From positions 1-57,684 of the forward strand of contig JAFWDK010000026.1 of NCBI GenBank assembly GCA_017513085.1: a stretch of DNA of 57,684 nucleotides, in the 5' to 3' direction. Shown here one piece after another: positions 40,421 to 52,181 of the stretch (position 1 is its first letter; each line of letters begins with the position of its first letter). The notes beneath the pieces are model-generated. The model saw only the letters and a program-made list of their open reading frames with translations, did not search any database and had not been told where the DNA came from. Origin of the DNA: Clostridiales bacterium. Lineage in GTDB: Bacteria > Bacillota > Clostridia > Saccharofermentanales > Saccharofermentanaceae. Position numbers and translations under genes: made by a program.

Positions 40421-43400
40421 ATGGTGCGTCCCATCAAACAGGGAAGAGCAGAGAGAATGTCCTATTCTCATATCAACGAGGTCATTGAATTACCGGATCT
40501 TATTGAAGTTCAGAAGAACTCCTATAAGTGGTTTCTCGACGAAGGCCTAATGGAAGTATTGGAGGAAGTATCTCCGATCCGTGACTTTTCAGGCGATATG
40601 GAATTGTCCTTCGTAGGCAAGGAATTTGATATCGAAAAGCCGCAGAATACCATTGAGCAGTGCAAGGAAAAAGATTGCAATTACGCCGCTCCGCTTAAAG
40701 TCATGGTCCGTCTTTTCAACAAACGTACGGGAAAAGTAGAAGATCAGGCCGTATTTATCGGTGATTTCCCGATCATGACCGAACATGGTACCTTTATTAT
40801 TAATGGTGCTGAGCGTGTTATCATCAGCCAGTTGGTGCGTTCCCCGGGTGCGTACTTTGACTCGATCCACGACAAATCCGATCAATTTGTTTATACATCC
40901 CAGATCATTCCGAACCGTGGCGCATGGCTCGAGTATGAGACGGATCTGAACGGTGTTATCTACGTCCGCGTTGACCGTGCACGTAAGTTCCCGTTGACTG
41001 TATTCCTGCGTTCCCTTGGCATCGGCAGTGATGAGGAACTGATGAGCCTCTTCGGTGACGAAGCATGGATCAAGGAGACGATCGCTAAGGATACTTCCCA
41101 CACACGTGAGGAAGGTCTTGCCGAACTGTACCACAAGCTTCGTCCGGGTGAGCCGACATCCCTCGAGGGTGCTGAGACACTCCTGAACAACATGTTCTTC
41201 GATCCGAAGCGTTACGATCTGGCACGTGTCGGTATTTATAAGTTAAATAAGAAACTGTCTCTGGCAGCACGTATTGCCGGCCATAAGGCTGTTGACAATA
41301 TCGTTACTGATGATGGTGAAGTCCTCCTCAAGGCAGGCGAGATCATCACCAGAGAGAAAGCTATCGAGATCCAGGATTCCGGCATCAACGAAGTCGTGAT
41401 CTTCCCGATCAAGAAGATCGGTGATAAGGACCAGATCTCCGACAAACCGTTTAAGGTTATCGGTAATGCACGTGTGAACTGCGATAAGTACATCCGTGCA
41501 AGTTTCTCTGCAAAAGAACTGAAGGGCTTCGATATCAACGAGACTCCGATCAATGAGATGGTCCGTACAACGATCCTGCGTAACATCATCACAGATGTAC
41601 GTGCTTCTGCGAAGAAGACAGGTGTTGCAGAAGCTCTGATGGATGCACTCCGCGCTCAGGCTACCGAACTTATGCCGAAGCACCTGATCATCGAAGATAT
41701 CATTTCTTCTGTAAGCTATATCCTCGGTCTGGAATATGGTGTCGGTAACATCGATAACATCGACCACTTGGGTAACCGTCGTATCCGTTCTGTCGGTGAA
41801 CTCCTGCAGAACCAGATCCGTATCGGCTTCTCCCGTATGGAGAGAAACATCAGAGAGCGCATGAACGCGGTTTCCGATGAAGAGCCGACTCACCCGAACC
41901 AGTTAGTCAATACACGTCCGGTCAGCGCAGCTGTGAAGGAGTTCTTCGGATCTTCCCAGTTGTCCCAGTTCATGGACCAGCCGAATCCGTTGGCAGAGCT
42001 TACGCATAAGCGTCGTCTCTCCGCTCTCGGTCCTGGCGGTCTTTCCCGTGATCGTGCAAACTTCGAAGTACGTGACGTTCACTCCTCTCACTACGGCCGT
42101 ATGTGCCCGATCGAGACACCTGAAGGTCCGAACATCGGTTTGATCAATTCCCTGGCTACTTATGCGAAGGTAAATCACTACGGTTTCATCGAGACTCCGT
42201 ATCGTCGTGTGGACAAGGAACACGGCATGGTTACCGACGAAGTTGTTTATATGACAGCTGACCGTGAGGATAACTACAATATCGCTCAGGCTAACGAGCC
42301 GATCGATGAGAAGGGTTACTTCACCAACAAGAAAGTTGTTTGCCGTCACCTCGATCAGTTTATCGAGGTTTCCCCGGATCAGGTCGACTACATGGACGTA
42401 TCTCCGAAGCAGCTTGTTTCGGTAGCGACATCCCTCATTCCGTTCCTCGGAAACGACGATGCTAACCGTGCTCTCATGGGTTCCAACATGCAGCGTCAGG
42501 CTGTACCGCTCATCAAGCCGGAAGCTCCGATCATCGGTACCGGTATGGAATATCGTGCTGCTAAAGACTCCGGTGTCTGCAAGGTTGCTAAAGAAGACGG
42601 TCAGATCACATTTGTATCTGCCGACCGTATCGTGAATACATCCGCTGACGGTAAAGAGCATGAATACCGCCTGACGAAGTATCAGCGTTCCAACCAGAGT
42701 ACATGTATCAACCAGCGCCCGATCGTAAGAATGGGCGAGGAAGTCAAGAAGGGTGATATCATCGCAGATGGTCCTTCCACAGAAAATGGTGAACTTGCTC
42801 TTGGTAAGAACGTGCTCATCGGCTTCATGACCTGGGAAGGTTACAACTACGAGGACGCCGTTCTGATCAACGAGCGTATGGTGCGTGATGATGTTTACAC
42901 ATCCATCCACATCGAAGAATATGAGTGTGAAGCCCGTGACACCAAGCTTGGCGCGGAAGAGATCACACGTGAGATCCCGAACGTCAGTGATGACGCGCTC
43001 AAAGAACTCGACGAGAACGGTGTTATCCGTATCGGTGCTGAAGTTCGTGCGGGCGACATTCTGGTCGGTAAGGTCACACCTAAGGGTGAGACAGAGCTGA
43101 CTCCTGAAGAGCGTCTCTATCGTGCGATCTTCGGTGAGAAGATCCGTGAGGTACGTGATACTTCCGTACGTGTACCGCATGGTGAGTCCGGTATCGTAGT
43201 AGATGTTAAGACATTCACCAAGGAGGACGAGAACGTTCTCAAGGGCAGCGTGAATAAACTCGTACGTGTTTATATCGCTCAGAAGAGAAAGCTTTCCGTT
43301 GGTGATAAGATGGCTGGTCGTCATGGTAACAAGGGTGTTGTTTCCAGAATCCTGCCAGAAGAAGATATGCCGTTCCTGCCGGATGGTACACCGCTGGATA

Positions 43401-44191
43401 TCGTATTGAATCCTCTCGGCGTTCCTTCCCGTATGAATATCGGTCAGCTCCTCGAAGTGCACCTCGGCCGTGCGGCTCGTGCACTGAAGTGGAAGGTGGC
43501 CACTCCGGTATTCGATGGCGCTAACGAGAGCGATATCGTCGAAGCTTTCAATCTTGCGGGCATCGATGAAGACGGTAAGACGATCCTTTACGATGGACGT
43601 ACAGGTGAGCCTTTCGAGAACCGTATCACGGTTGGCGTTATGTATTACCTCAAGCTCCATCACCTTGTTGATGATAAGATCCATGCCCGTTCCATCGGAC
43701 CATACTCACTTGTCACGCAGCAGCCTCTCGGTGGTAAAGCACAGTTTGGTGGTCAGCGTTTCGGTGAGATGGAAGTTTGGGCCCTCGAGGCATACGGCGC
43801 AGCACATACCCTTCAGGAGATCCTCACAGTTAAGTCGGACGATATCACCGGCCGTACGAAGACTTATGAGGCGATCGTCAAAGGACAGAGTGTTCCGGAA
43901 GCAGGTATTCCGGAGTCGTTTAAAGTTCTTGTCCGTGAACTTCAGTCTTTGGCGCTGGATGTACGTATTTACTCCGGTGACGAAGAGTACAAGCTCAAAG
44001 ATTCTGCAGAAGAAGAGAATCTGCCGGAAGCAGATCAGGATACCATCAAGAGATTTGATGTTGCGGATGAGAGCATCATGGCAGCAGCCGGCTTCTCGGA
44101 AGTTGGCGAGGACGGCGAGCTGATCGACGACAGTGCTTTTGACGAAGAGCCGAGCATGGACGATCTTGCTTCCATGGAAGATGAAATGTAA
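40421..44191 (+). CDS. rpoB: RNA polymerase beta subunit
   Basis: [46 protein letters not shown]. Confidence 0.99.
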   Translation: MVRPIKQGRAERMSYSHINEVIELPDLIEVQKNSYKWFLDEGLMEVLEEVSPIRDFSGDMELSFVGKEFDIEKPQNTIEQCKEKDCNYAAPLKVMVRLFNKRTGKVEDQAVFIGDFPIMTEHGTFIINGAERVIISQLVRSPGAYFDSIHDKSDQFVYTSQIIPNRGAWLEYETDLNGVIYVRVDRARKFPLTVFLRSLGIGSDEELMSLFGDEAWIKETIAKDTSHTREEGLAELYHKLRPGEPTSLEGAETLLNNMFFDPKRYDLARVGIYKLNKKLSLAARIAGHKAVDNIVTDDGEVLLKAGEIITREKAIEIQDSGINEVVIFPIKKIGDKDQISDKPFKVIGNARVNCDKYIRASFSAKELKGFDINETPINEMVRTTILRNIITDVRASAKKTGVAEALMDALRAQATELMPKHLIIEDIISSVSYILGLEYGVGNIDNIDHLGNRRIRSVGELLQNQIRIGFSRMERNIRERMNAVSDEEPTHPNQLVNTRPVSAAVKEFFGSSQLSQFMDQPNPLAELTHKRRLSALGPGGLSRDRANFEVRDVHSSHYGRMCPIETPEGPNIGLINSLATYAKVNHYGFIETPYRRVDKEHGMVTDEVVYMTADREDNYNIAQANEPIDEKGYFTNKKVVCRHLDQFIEVSPDQVDYMDVSPKQLVSVATSLIPFLGNDDANRALMGSNMQRQAVPLIKPEAPIIGTGMEYRAAKDSGVCKVAKEDGQITFVSADRIVNTSADGKEHEYRLTKYQRSNQSTCINQRPIVRMGEEVKKGDIIADGPSTENGELALGKNVLIGFMTWEGYNYEDAVLINERMVRDDVYTSIHIEEYECEARDTKLGAEEITREIPNVSDDALKELDENGVIRIGAEVRAGDILVGKVTPKGETELTPEERLYRAIFGEKIREVRDTSVRVPHGESGIVVDVKTFTKEDENVLKGSVNKLVRVYIAQKRKLSVGDKMAGRHGNKGVVSRILPEEDMPFLPDGTPLDIVLNPLGVPSRMNIGQLLEVHLGRAARALKWKVATPVFDGANESDIVEAFNLAGIDEDGKTILYDGRTGEPFENRITVGVMYYLKLHHLVDDKIHARSIGPYSLVTQQPLGGKAQFGGQRFGEMEVWALEAYGAAHTLQEILTVKSDDITGRTKTYEAIVKGQSVPEAGIPESFKVLVRELQSLALDVRIYSGDEEYKLKDSAEEENLPEADQDTIKRFDVADESIMAAAGFSEVGEDGELIDDSAFDEEPSMDDLASMEDEM

Positions 44192-44215
44192 ATCGGGAAG
44201 GAGAAATCATAAACT

Positions 44216-47200
44216 ATGTTTGAAATGAATCATTTCGAATCAATTGGTATTCGCCTGGCTTCTCCGGAGACGATCAAGAGCTGGTCTCACGGTGAAGTAA
44301 AGAAGCCGGAGACGATCAACTATCGTACTCTTAAGCCGGAGCGTGACGGTCTGTTCTGTGAGCGTATCTTCGGACCTCAGAAAGACTGGGAGTGCCATTG
44401 CGGTAAATATAAGAAGATTCGTTATAAGGGTATCATCTGCGACCGTTGCGGTGTTGAAGTTACCCGCTCCAAGGTTCGTCGTGAGCGTCTGGGTCACATC
44501 GAGCTGGCTGCTCCGGTATCCCACATCTGGTATTTCCGTGGTACACCGAGCCGTATGAGCCTTCTTCTTGATGTTTCTCCGAAACAACTGGAGAGAGTAC
44601 TCTATTTCGGCGCATATATCGTAGTTGATCCGGGCACGACAGATCTTGCCAAGTGCGCGATCATTGACGAACAGGAATATCGTGACAATGTCGAGAAGTA
44701 CGGCAAGTCCGCTTTCAAGGCTATGATGGGTGCTGAGGCAGTAAAGATCCTGCTTCAGGAACTCGACATCGATGCTCTGACAGAGACACTTCACGAGGAT
44801 TACCAGTCCGCTACAGGCCAGAAGAAAGCTCGTCTCATCAAGAGACTCGAGGTTCTGGAGTCCTTCAAGAAGTCCGGTAACAAGCCGGAGTGGATGATCC
44901 TGGATGTACTCCCGGTCCTTCCGCCGGAACTGCGTCCTATGGTACAGCTTGATGGTGGACGTTTTGCCACATCCGACCTCAATGACCTGTATCGTCGTGT
45001 TATCAACAGAAACAACCGTCTCAGCAAGCTCCTGCAGCTGGGTGCTCCTGAGATCATCGTAAGAAACGAGAAGAGAATGCTTCAGGAAGCTGTAGACGCC
45101 CTGATCGACAATGGCCGTCGTGGCCGTCCGGTTACCGGCGCAAGCAGCCGTGCTCTCAAGTCCTTGTCCGATATGCTCAAGGGTAAGCAGGGCCGTTTCC
45201 GTCAGAACCTTCTCGGTAAGCGTGTTGACTATTCCGGCCGTTCCGTTATCGTTGTTGGTCCGGAACTGAAGATGCACCAGTGTGGTCTCCCGAAGGAGAT
45301 GGCGCTTGAGCTGTTCAAGCCTTTCGTAATGAAGAGACTGGTTCAGGAAGGTCATGCTACACATGTTAAGACAGCTAAGCGTATGGTAGAGCGTGCTGTA
45401 GATGTGGTTTGGGATATCCTCGAAGAGGTTATCAAGGATCACCCGGTAATGCTTAACCGTGCTCCTACGCTCCACAGACTTGGTATCCAGGCATTCGAGC
45501 CGGTATTGGTCGAAGGCCGTGCGATCAAGCTTCATCCGTTGGTATGTACTGCATTTAACGCTGACTTCGACGGTGACCAGATGGCTGTACACGTACCGCT
45601 TTCTGCAGAAGCACAGGCGGAAGCAAGATTCCTTATGCTTTCCACCAACAACCTTTTGAAGCCTCAGGATGGTAACCCGGTTACCGTTCCGACGCAGGAT
45701 ATGATCCTTGGCTGCTACTACCTGACGATCACCAAGCCGGGTGAGAAGGGTGAAGGCATGATCTTCTCCTCCATCGACGAAGCGATCATGGCATATGGTG
45801 ACCATCACCTCGAGCTGCATGCTCCGATCTCTATCCGCGTAACACGTGAATTCAAAGGTCAGATGATCACAAAGATGGTTAAGTCCACACTCGGACGTTT
45901 CATCTTCAACGAGATCATCCCGCAGGATCTCGGTTATGTGGATCGTACCAAGGAAGGCAACGAGCTTGTTCTCGAGTGTGACTTCAAGGTAGGTAAGAAG
46001 CAGCTTGCTGACGTGATCGGCCGTTCGATCCGTGTTCACGGTATCGGCGAGACCGCTAAGCTCCTCGATAACATCAAGGCTATGGGTTATAAGTATTCTA
46101 CCCGTGGTGGTATCTCCATCGGTATCGAAGACATGATCGTGCCGGATGTTAAGGAGAAGATGGTTCACGAGGCAGAAGAAAAAGTTGAATACGTAAATAA
46201 GATGTACCAGAGAGGTCTTCTCGATGAGGACGGCCGTTACAGCTCTGTTATCAAGATCTGGTCTTCGACAACGGATGCGATCACAAAGGCATTGATCAAC
46301 AGCCTTGGTGAATATAACCCGATCAAGATGATGTCCGACTCCGGTGCCCGTGGTTCCTCCCAGCAGATCAAGCAGCTGGCCGGTATGCGTGGTAACATGG
46401 CGGATACATCCGGTAAGACCATCGAGATCCCGATCAAGTCTAACCTCCGTGAAGGCATGAACGTACTCGAGTTCTTCATCTCCTCTCACGGTGCCCGTAA
46501 GGCCCTTTCCGATACAGCTCTTAAGACGGCTGACTCCGGTTACCTGACACGTCGTCTCGTAGATGTTGCCCAGGATGTTATCGTTACAGAAGAAGACTGT
46601 GGCACTGACGACTTCACATGGATCAAGGAGATCGCTACTGTTGCCGGTCAGGAAAAGGATATCGTTAAGTCTCTGAGCGATCGTCTCACAGGACGTTATG
46701 CTGCAGAAGATATCTACGACCTCAACGACAGCAAGAAGCTTCTGGTTGCCAGAAATGAACTGATCACAGCAGATATCGCAAAGGCGATCGAGGCTTGCGG
46801 TCATAAGAAAGTGAAGATCCGTTCCGTATTTGACTGCCGCTCCCGTCACGGTGTATGCAGCAAGTGCTACGGTATCAACCTTGCAACAGGCCTTCCGACC
46901 ATCGGTGGTGAGGCAGTCGGTATCATGGCTGCACAGTCTATCGGTGAGCCGGGTACACAGTTGACCATGCGTACCTTCCATACAGGTGGTATCGCTTCCG
47001 GTGAAGATATTACACAGGGTCTCCCTCGTGTTGAGGAGCTTTTCGAGGCAAGAAAGCCGAAGGGACAAGCTTTCATCTCCGAAATCGATGGTGTGGTACA
47101 CATTGTTGAAGGACAGAAGCATAAGAAAGAGATCGTGGTTACACCTTCTACTCCGGAAGGAAAGCCGATCGAACAGCAGGCAAATCCGGACAGCGAGATC

Positions 47201-47848
47201 GTCATCGAGGAGAAGCGTTACGCAATTCCTTACTCGGCAACACTTAAGGTTTCCGACGGTGAGTTCGTCGAGGCGGCTGATCTGCTGACAGATGGTACGG
47301 TAAGCCCGCAGGAGATCATGAAGATCAAGGGCGTTCGTGGCGTACAGAAGTACATCCTGAGCGAAGTAAGTAAGGTTTATAAGCAGGGTGGTGTTTCCAT
47401 CAACGATAAGCACATTGAGGTTATTACACGTCAGATGATGCGTAAGGTCCGCGTGGATGATCCGGGTGAGACAGATCTCATGACCGGTAGCACAGTGGAT
47501 ATGTTCGACTTCGAGGCTGCAAATGCGAAGGCTGAAGCAGAGGGCAAAGAAGTTGCGAAGGGCAAGCGTGTTCTTCTTGGTATCACCAAGGCTTCTCTGG
47601 CAACCGATTCCTTCCTTTCTGCCGCATCCTTCCAGGAGACCACTCGTGTTCTTACAGATGCAGCTGTTAAGGGTAAAGTCGATCCGCTCTATGGCCTTAA
47701 GGAGAACGTTATCATCGGTAAGCTGATCCCGGCCGGTACAGGTATGACGCATTACAGAAACCTGACTGCTGTTCCGGTACTTCCTGAGAACAATGAGCTT
47801 CTCGGAAAAGAGCCCGTTGTGATCACAAGTTCGGTCAGCGAGCAATAA
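44216..47848 (+). CDS. rpoC: RNA polymerase beta' subunit
   Basis: NADFDGD catalytic motif, Zn-finger cysteines, [13 protein letters not shown]. Confidence 0.99.
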   Translation: MFEMNHFESIGIRLASPETIKSWSHGEVKKPETINYRTLKPERDGLFCERIFGPQKDWECHCGKYKKIRYKGIICDRCGVEVTRSKVRRERLGHIELAAPVSHIWYFRGTPSRMSLLLDVSPKQLERVLYFGAYIVVDPGTTDLAKCAIIDEQEYRDNVEKYGKSAFKAMMGAEAVKILLQELDIDALTETLHEDYQSATGQKKARLIKRLEVLESFKKSGNKPEWMILDVLPVLPPELRPMVQLDGGRFATSDLNDLYRRVINRNNRLSKLLQLGAPEIIVRNEKRMLQEAVDALIDNGRRGRPVTGASSRALKSLSDMLKGKQGRFRQNLLGKRVDYSGRSVIVVGPELKMHQCGLPKEMALELFKPFVMKRLVQEGHATHVKTAKRMVERAVDVVWDILEEVIKDHPVMLNRAPTLHRLGIQAFEPVLVEGRAIKLHPLVCTAFNADFDGDQMAVHVPLSAEAQAEARFLMLSTNNLLKPQDGNPVTVPTQDMILGCYYLTITKPGEKGEGMIFSSIDEAIMAYGDHHLELHAPISIRVTREFKGQMITKMVKSTLGRFIFNEIIPQDLGYVDRTKEGNELVLECDFKVGKKQLADVIGRSIRVHGIGETAKLLDNIKAMGYKYSTRGGISIGIEDMIVPDVKEKMVHEAEEKVEYVNKMYQRGLLDEDGRYSSVIKIWSSTTDAITKALINSLGEYNPIKMMSDSGARGSSQQIKQLAGMRGNMADTSGKTIEIPIKSNLREGMNVLEFFISSHGARKALSDTALKTADSGYLTRRLVDVAQDVIVTEEDCGTDDFTWIKEIATVAGQEKDIVKSLSDRLTGRYAAEDIYDLNDSKKLLVARNELITADIAKAIEACGHKKVKIRSVFDCRSRHGVCSKCYGINLATGLPTIGGEAVGIMAAQSIGEPGTQLTMRTFHTGGIASGEDITQGLPRVEELFEARKPKGQAFISEIDGVVHIVEGQKHKKEIVVTPSTPEGKPIEQQANPDSEIVIEEKRYAIPYSATLKVSDGEFVEAADLLTDGTVSPQEIMKIKGVRGVQKYILSEVSKVYKQGGVSINDKHIEVITRQMMRKVRVDDPGETDLMTGSTVDMFDFEAANAKAEAEGKEVAKGKRVLLGITKASLATDSFLSAASFQETTRVLTDAAVKGKVDPLYGLKENVIIGKLIPAGTGMTHYRNLTAVPVLPENNELLGKEPVVITSSVSEQ

Positions 47849-47891
47849 TCTGAAGGCCGGCTTCCCGGCTGATGAATCAAAGCTTAGTCAG

Positions 47892-47918
47892 AAGGACTGC
47901 CGTCAGGCAGTCCTTTTT
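47892..47918 (+). terminator. rpoBC terminator
   Basis: aaggactgcc-gtca-ggcagtcctt then ttt. Confidence 0.9.
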
Positions 47919-48082
47919 GCATGAAGAAACAGGAATGTAAAATAAGAGAAACGTTAGTTTTTTGACTTTGGGTGTCTTTATAGAGTAAAATGGTACAAAC
48001 GCGTAGTTTGCGGAAACGTTAGAAGATACATCGATGCGAGGCTTGTAGCAGGAGCTGTAAGACGCACGGAGGTAGATAGATA

Positions 48083-49462
48083 ATGCGGCGACGCAGTAAA
48101 GACGGTAATTCGCGCCTGGCAATCGTAGCGATTGCTATTTGTGCGATGATTACATTTCCTATATTGATGATCCCTGTGGGATTACGGCAGAGTACACCGG
48201 CCGGCGTACTGGTCGGTCGCGCCTATGCGGACACCTATCCCGATGAAGAGCAGGATGAAGTGCTTTTTGAGGATTGGGCGATCACATCGGAAAATGATTT
48301 GCCGGATGATGTCCAGAAGCAGGGGGAAGACGGTGAGGATGAACCACCGGTGACTGATTTCCCGACACCGGGTGTGGGCGAGGATGGCCTGATTTATCTT
48401 CAGGAAGGTATGGTCCTTGATGAGTCCTTCTTCTCGGATTACGATTTTGAAGAAGCGAAATACAGTTCTCTCCTGACTGCGCAGATCGTGCAGACATACG
48501 ACAGTTCGGAACTTCCGATCGAGATCCTCGATACGACGACATTTACGCCGACCGATGAGGATATGTATATTTCCACCAGTAAGACGATCCTGAAAGAGGA
48601 GCCGAACATGGACTCCGTGACAGTGGCGGATATCGACCGTTCGAAGAAAGTTACCCGTATTTCCAAGGGTTCTACATGGTCTTTGGTAAGAACGGAAGAA
48701 GGCGTAAAGGGTTACCTTCTGAACAAGTCTCTTTCCTGGAATATGGTATTTAACGATATTGACCGTACTGTATGGGTAGATGCCTGGGATCTGAAACTCC
48801 GTTCGGAACCTTCTACGGACAGTAAAGTGTTGAAGCTTCTGGACAGATACACCAGACTGCATTGTTCCGGTGTTGCGAATAATGAATGGTATCACGTTAC
48901 GACGGACGATGGTAAAGAAGGTTATGTATATGTTTCCTATACAACGACCAAAGCTCCGCCTACTCCTACACCTAAGCCTACCCCGAAGCCGAAGAGATCC
49001 GGCGGCGGTGGAGGAAGCTCCGGCGGCGGTGGAGGAAGTTCCGGCGGCGGTGGTGGCGGAGATAACAACTATACTCCGCCGAAGATCACCGGTAAGAATG
49101 GTCAGAGTATCGTCAACATTGCAGAATCCATGCTGGGCGTAAAGTATGTATGGTGTGGCGAGAGTAAGAGTGGCGTGGACTGCTCCGGTCTGGTCGTGTA
49201 CTGCTATAGACAGATAGGTATCGGTGTTCCGCACCAGAGTAACTCGATACGTTATTATGGCGCAGGCGTTAAGCGTTCGGATATCCGACTGGGTGATGTT
49301 ATCGTGTATGATCTTAAGGGCGCAGACAATGTGGCGGATCACGTTGCTATTTATGCCGGCAACGGTCAGGTCATTCACGCCTCCTCAAGCAAAGGCAAGG
49401 TAGTCTGGGGTAACCTGGACATGGGATCTATCCTGACGATCCGAAGATTGATCGCATCATAA
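48083..49462 (+). CDS. SH3b + NlpC/P60 peptidoglycan endopeptidase (copy 1)
   Basis: N-terminal TM, two SH3-like segments (LKLRSEPST, WY.V......GYV), DCSG / DHVAIY / IHAS catalytic motifs. Confidence 0.9.
   Translation: MRRRSKDGNSRLAIVAIAICAMITFPILMIPVGLRQSTPAGVLVGRAYADTYPDEEQDEVLFEDWAITSENDLPDDVQKQGEDGEDEPPVTDFPTPGVGEDGLIYLQEGMVLDESFFSDYDFEEAKYSSLLTAQIVQTYDSSELPIEILDTTTFTPTDEDMYISTSKTILKEEPNMDSVTVADIDRSKKVTRISKGSTWSLVRTEEGVKGYLLNKSLSWNMVFNDIDRTVWVDAWDLKLRSEPSTDSKVLKLLDRYTRLHCSGVANNEWYHVTTDDGKEGYVYVSYTTTKAPPTPTPKPTPKPKRSGGGGGSSGGGGGSSGGGGGGDNNYTPPKITGKNGQSIVNIAESMLGVKYVWCGESKSGVDCSGLVVYCYRQIGIGVPHQSNSIRYYGAGVKRSDIRLGDVIVYDLKGADNVADHVAIYAGNGQVIHASSSKGKVVWGNLDMGSILTIRRLIAS
48998..49060 (+). 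repeat. 21-bp tandem repeat x3 encoding Gly/Ser linker
   Basis: tccggcggcggtgg(a/t)gg... three units. Confidence 0.85.
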
Positions 49463-49484
49463 AGTAAATACGTTAGTTCTTTTG

Positions 49485-49524
49485 AAGGAACTGTCTCAAA
49501 AACGAAGGAGACAGTTCCTTTTTT
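49485..49524 (+). terminator. Intrinsic terminator
   Basis: aaggaactgtctc ... gagacagttcctt then tttt. Confidence 0.88.
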
Positions 49525-49701
49525 GTATGGATGGCAGATTGCCTGCGAGGCAGAAAGCGGAGGGAATAGGCGGCTTCTGATGCTGTCAAATAAGAATATA
49601 GTCACGTTTTCACCAATGGAATCATATAAAATAATTGCAATGGATTTTTTACGGTGGGAAAGGTGAAAGAAGATCTGGCAGACTAATACGGAGGCAGAAT
49701 C

Positions 49702-51051
49702 ATGCAACAACGGAAAAAGAAGAACCGCTCACAACGGACTGTCGTAACGATTGCGGTATGCACTATGGCGACATTCCCGCTCCTGATGATTCCGACCGGA
49801 TTGAACAAGGGAACTCCGGCAGGCGTGAGAGTCGCGAGAGCATATGAAGAAGCGTTCCGGGAAGAAGAAAAGGAAGGCGTGCTGGTGGAAGAATGGGCGC
49901 TTCCGCCTATCGAGGAACCCGGAGAAGAAGGAAAACCGCTGACAGAAGGTGCACTTATTCCTGAAAGTTATATTCCGGGCAAAGAGCATACCGAGAAAAA
50001 GTACGATGGATATATGACGGCTCAGATCGAACAGACATTTGACAGTTCCGACCTTCCGATCGAGATGCTGGATACGGATGCTTTTGAAAGCACCTATGAT
50101 GAGATGTATATTTCCACCAACAAGACGATATTAAAAGAAATACCGAATATGGATTCGACTACGGTGGCGGACATTGACAGATCCACCAAGGTGATCCGCA
50201 TCGCCAGAGGCTCTACGTGGTCTTTGGTAAAGACTGAAGATGGAAGAAAAGGCTATCTTCTCAACAAGTCCCTTTCCAATGACATGGTTTTTAATGATAT
50301 CGACCGTACAGTGTGGGTGGATGCCTGGGATCTGAAACTTCGTGAAGAGCCTTCGACAGACAGCAGGATCCTGAAGATCCTGGACAAAAACACGAAGCTG
50401 CATTGTTCCGCAGTAGCGATCGACCAGTGGTATCGTGTGGAGTTGGAAGATGGTACGAAAGGGTATGTCTACGTATCGTATACGACGACCAATCCTCCTC
50501 CGACACCTACTCCTAAACCGACGCCGAAGCCGAAGGCCACTCCGACACCAAAGCCTTCGTCCGGCTCACATAATGATCCGACAAAAGCACCGACGCCGAA
50601 GCCTGAGCATGGTGGCGGCAGCGGTGGCGGTTCCGGAGACGAGGGCGGCGGCAGCGGTTATGTTCCACCGGAGATCACCGGCAGAAATGGTGAGAGTATC
50701 GTGAATATCGCCAAGTCGATGTTAGGCGTGAAGTACACCTGGCAGGGTGAGACCCGTGAGGGCGGCGTAGACTGCTCGGGACTGGTGGTGTATTGCTACA
50801 GACAACTCAGAGCGGAGGTTCCGCACCAAAGTAACCTGATACGTGATGTTGGCGACGAAGTAAGCAGGGAAGATGTCCGTTTGGGAGACATTTTCGTTTA
50901 CGACCTCAAGTACGGAGATGGCATAGCCGACCATGTCGCGATCTATGCCGGAGACGGGAAAGTGATCCACGCTTCCTATAGCAGAGGCCAGGTCGTGTGG
51001 GGAAATGCGGATATGGGAAAGATCCTGACTATCCGTAGGATCTTCGGATGA
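49702..51051 (+). CDS. SH3b + NlpC/P60 peptidoglycan endopeptidase (copy 2)
   Basis: Collinear paralog of 48083..49462 with the same catalytic motifs. Confidence 0.9.
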   Translation: MQQRKKKNRSQRTVVTIAVCTMATFPLLMIPTGLNKGTPAGVRVARAYEEAFREEEKEGVLVEEWALPPIEEPGEEGKPLTEGALIPESYIPGKEHTEKKYDGYMTAQIEQTFDSSDLPIEMLDTDAFESTYDEMYISTNKTILKEIPNMDSTTVADIDRSTKVIRIARGSTWSLVKTEDGRKGYLLNKSLSNDMVFNDIDRTVWVDAWDLKLREEPSTDSRILKILDKNTKLHCSAVAIDQWYRVELEDGTKGYVYVSYTTTNPPPTPTPKPTPKPKATPTPKPSSGSHNDPTKAPTPKPEHGGGSGGGSGDEGGGSGYVPPEITGRNGESIVNIAKSMLGVKYTWQGETREGGVDCSGLVVYCYRQLRAEVPHQSNLIRDVGDEVSREDVRLGDIFVYDLKYGDGIADHVAIYAGDGKVIHASYSRGQVVWGNADMGKILTIRRIFG

Positions 51052-51147
51052 TCCGGACAGACCGTCCTATAAATCGGAAAGCGTTATTCTCCTTAATTCG
51101 TGCTATACTGTCTTACAGATAATATTAATCATAAGGAGATGAATGAT

Positions 51148-51405
51148 ATGGATTGGTTGATTAATCTGATCATCGGTCTGGTAGTCGGTGGTCTGGCAGG
51201 ATTTACGGCAGGCAAGATCATGGGGACAGCAGATCAAGGTGTACTGATGAATGTGATCCTTGGTATTGCAGGTGGTGTTGTAGCCGGAATCGTTTTCGGT
51301 ATTTTGGGGATCGGTGCTTTCGGCATCGTGGGAAGTTTCATCTTCTCTGTAGTCGGCGCTTGTGCTTTGATCTTTCTTTGGAGAAAATTCGTGCTCAAAA
51401 AGTAA
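51148..51405 (+). CDS. GlsB/YeaQ/YmgE family stress-response membrane protein
   Basis: G.LAG..AGKIM...G...N.ILGI.G..V pattern; SD aaggag. Confidence 0.85.
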   Translation: MDWLINLIIGLVVGGLAGFTAGKIMGTADQGVLMNVILGIAGGVVAGIVFGILGIGAFGIVGSFIFSVVGACALIFLWRKFVLKK

Positions 51406-51465
51406 GCTGAAGACAAGCCGATAATTTGAGGAGTAAGCCTTGGGTTTCACTCCCGCGTCAGAAAT

Positions 51466-51520
51466 AAGAGAGGTCGTCCGGAATGTGGGTCTGCCACACG
51501 GAGCGGCCTCTTTGTTTTGT
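51466..51520 (+). terminator. Terminator-like hairpin
   Basis: agaggtcg-tccg ... cgga-gcggcctct followed by T-rich run. Confidence 0.65.
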
Positions 51521-51573
51521 TTTTTTGAAAAAGCAACGGAAACAACGAATGGTAAAAAAACTGAAATTGGGCG

Positions 51574-51601
51574 TTGACAATAAAAATGAACGGGGTATAA
51601 T
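51574..51601 (+). promoter_or_regulatory. SigA promoter of ctsR operon
   Basis: TTGACA-16-TATAAT. Confidence 0.85.
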
Positions 51602-51607
51602 GGAATT

Positions 51608-51643
51608 AGTCAAAGAAAGTCAAAGTCAAAGTCGAAAGTCAGA
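51608..51643 (+). promoter_or_regulatory. CtsR operator
   Basis: AGTCAAA-GAA-AGTCAAA consensus direct repeat plus three further GTC(A/G)-type half sites. Confidence 0.92.
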
Positions 51644-51704
51644 AGCATCGACCGGCTGTGACGTATTGGGTTGATATGTTTATGGAAAGTGAGATGTGAT
51701 GGTT

Positions 51705-52166
51705 ATGGCGAGATTAGTCGATGTGATCGAGATGATGATCAAAGAGATGCTGGACGAGAACAATGGCGCGGCGGTGATCAACAGAAGCGATCTGGCTGAG
51801 CGGGTAAACTGTGTGCCTTCGCAGATCACCTATGTTATCTCCACCCGTTTTACGAACGGGCAGGGCTACATTGTCGAGAGCCGGCGAGGCGGTGGCGGAC
51901 AGATCCGTATCTCCCGTGTGCAGAGGATGCCGGGTACCAATTACCTGATGCATACCATCAATTCGCTGGGAGACACGCTTTCACAGCAACAGGCGGAGAT
52001 CTTTCTTTTGAACTTTATTGATTACGGAGTGATCTCGAAAGAAACCGCGCGGCTGATGAAGGCAGCTATCTCGGACAGGGCGCTTTCGGGCATCGATGTG
52101 GATAAGAAGGCCACGGTCCGTATGGATATATTTAAGAACATGCTGATCAGTTTGATCACGACATAG
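51705..52166 (+). CDS. ctsR: Class III heat-shock repressor CtsR
   Basis: CVPSQI.YVI.TRF, ESRRGGGG.IRI. Confidence 0.96.
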   Translation: MARLVDVIEMMIKEMLDENNGAAVINRSDLAERVNCVPSQITYVISTRFTNGQGYIVESRRGGGGQIRISRVQRMPGTNYLMHTINSLGDTLSQQQAEIFLLNFIDYGVISKETARLMKAAISDRALSGIDVDKKATVRMDIFKNMLISLITT

Positions 52167-52181
52167 AAGGGGGCGTGCAGA

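Noticed and set aside
44240-47845. 1201-aa antisense ORF spanning rpoC (and similar ones over rpoB, CASDH, nadB, clpC)
   Set aside because: Codon-register mirror of a highly expressed gene that avoids TTA/CTA/TCA codons; no SD or recognisable protein motifs
47920-48082. c-di-AMP riboswitch or WalR box upstream of the NlpC/P60 genes
   Set aside because: Conserved ydaO motifs absent; the TGTAGC/TGTAAG pair has 6-nt rather than 5-nt spacing
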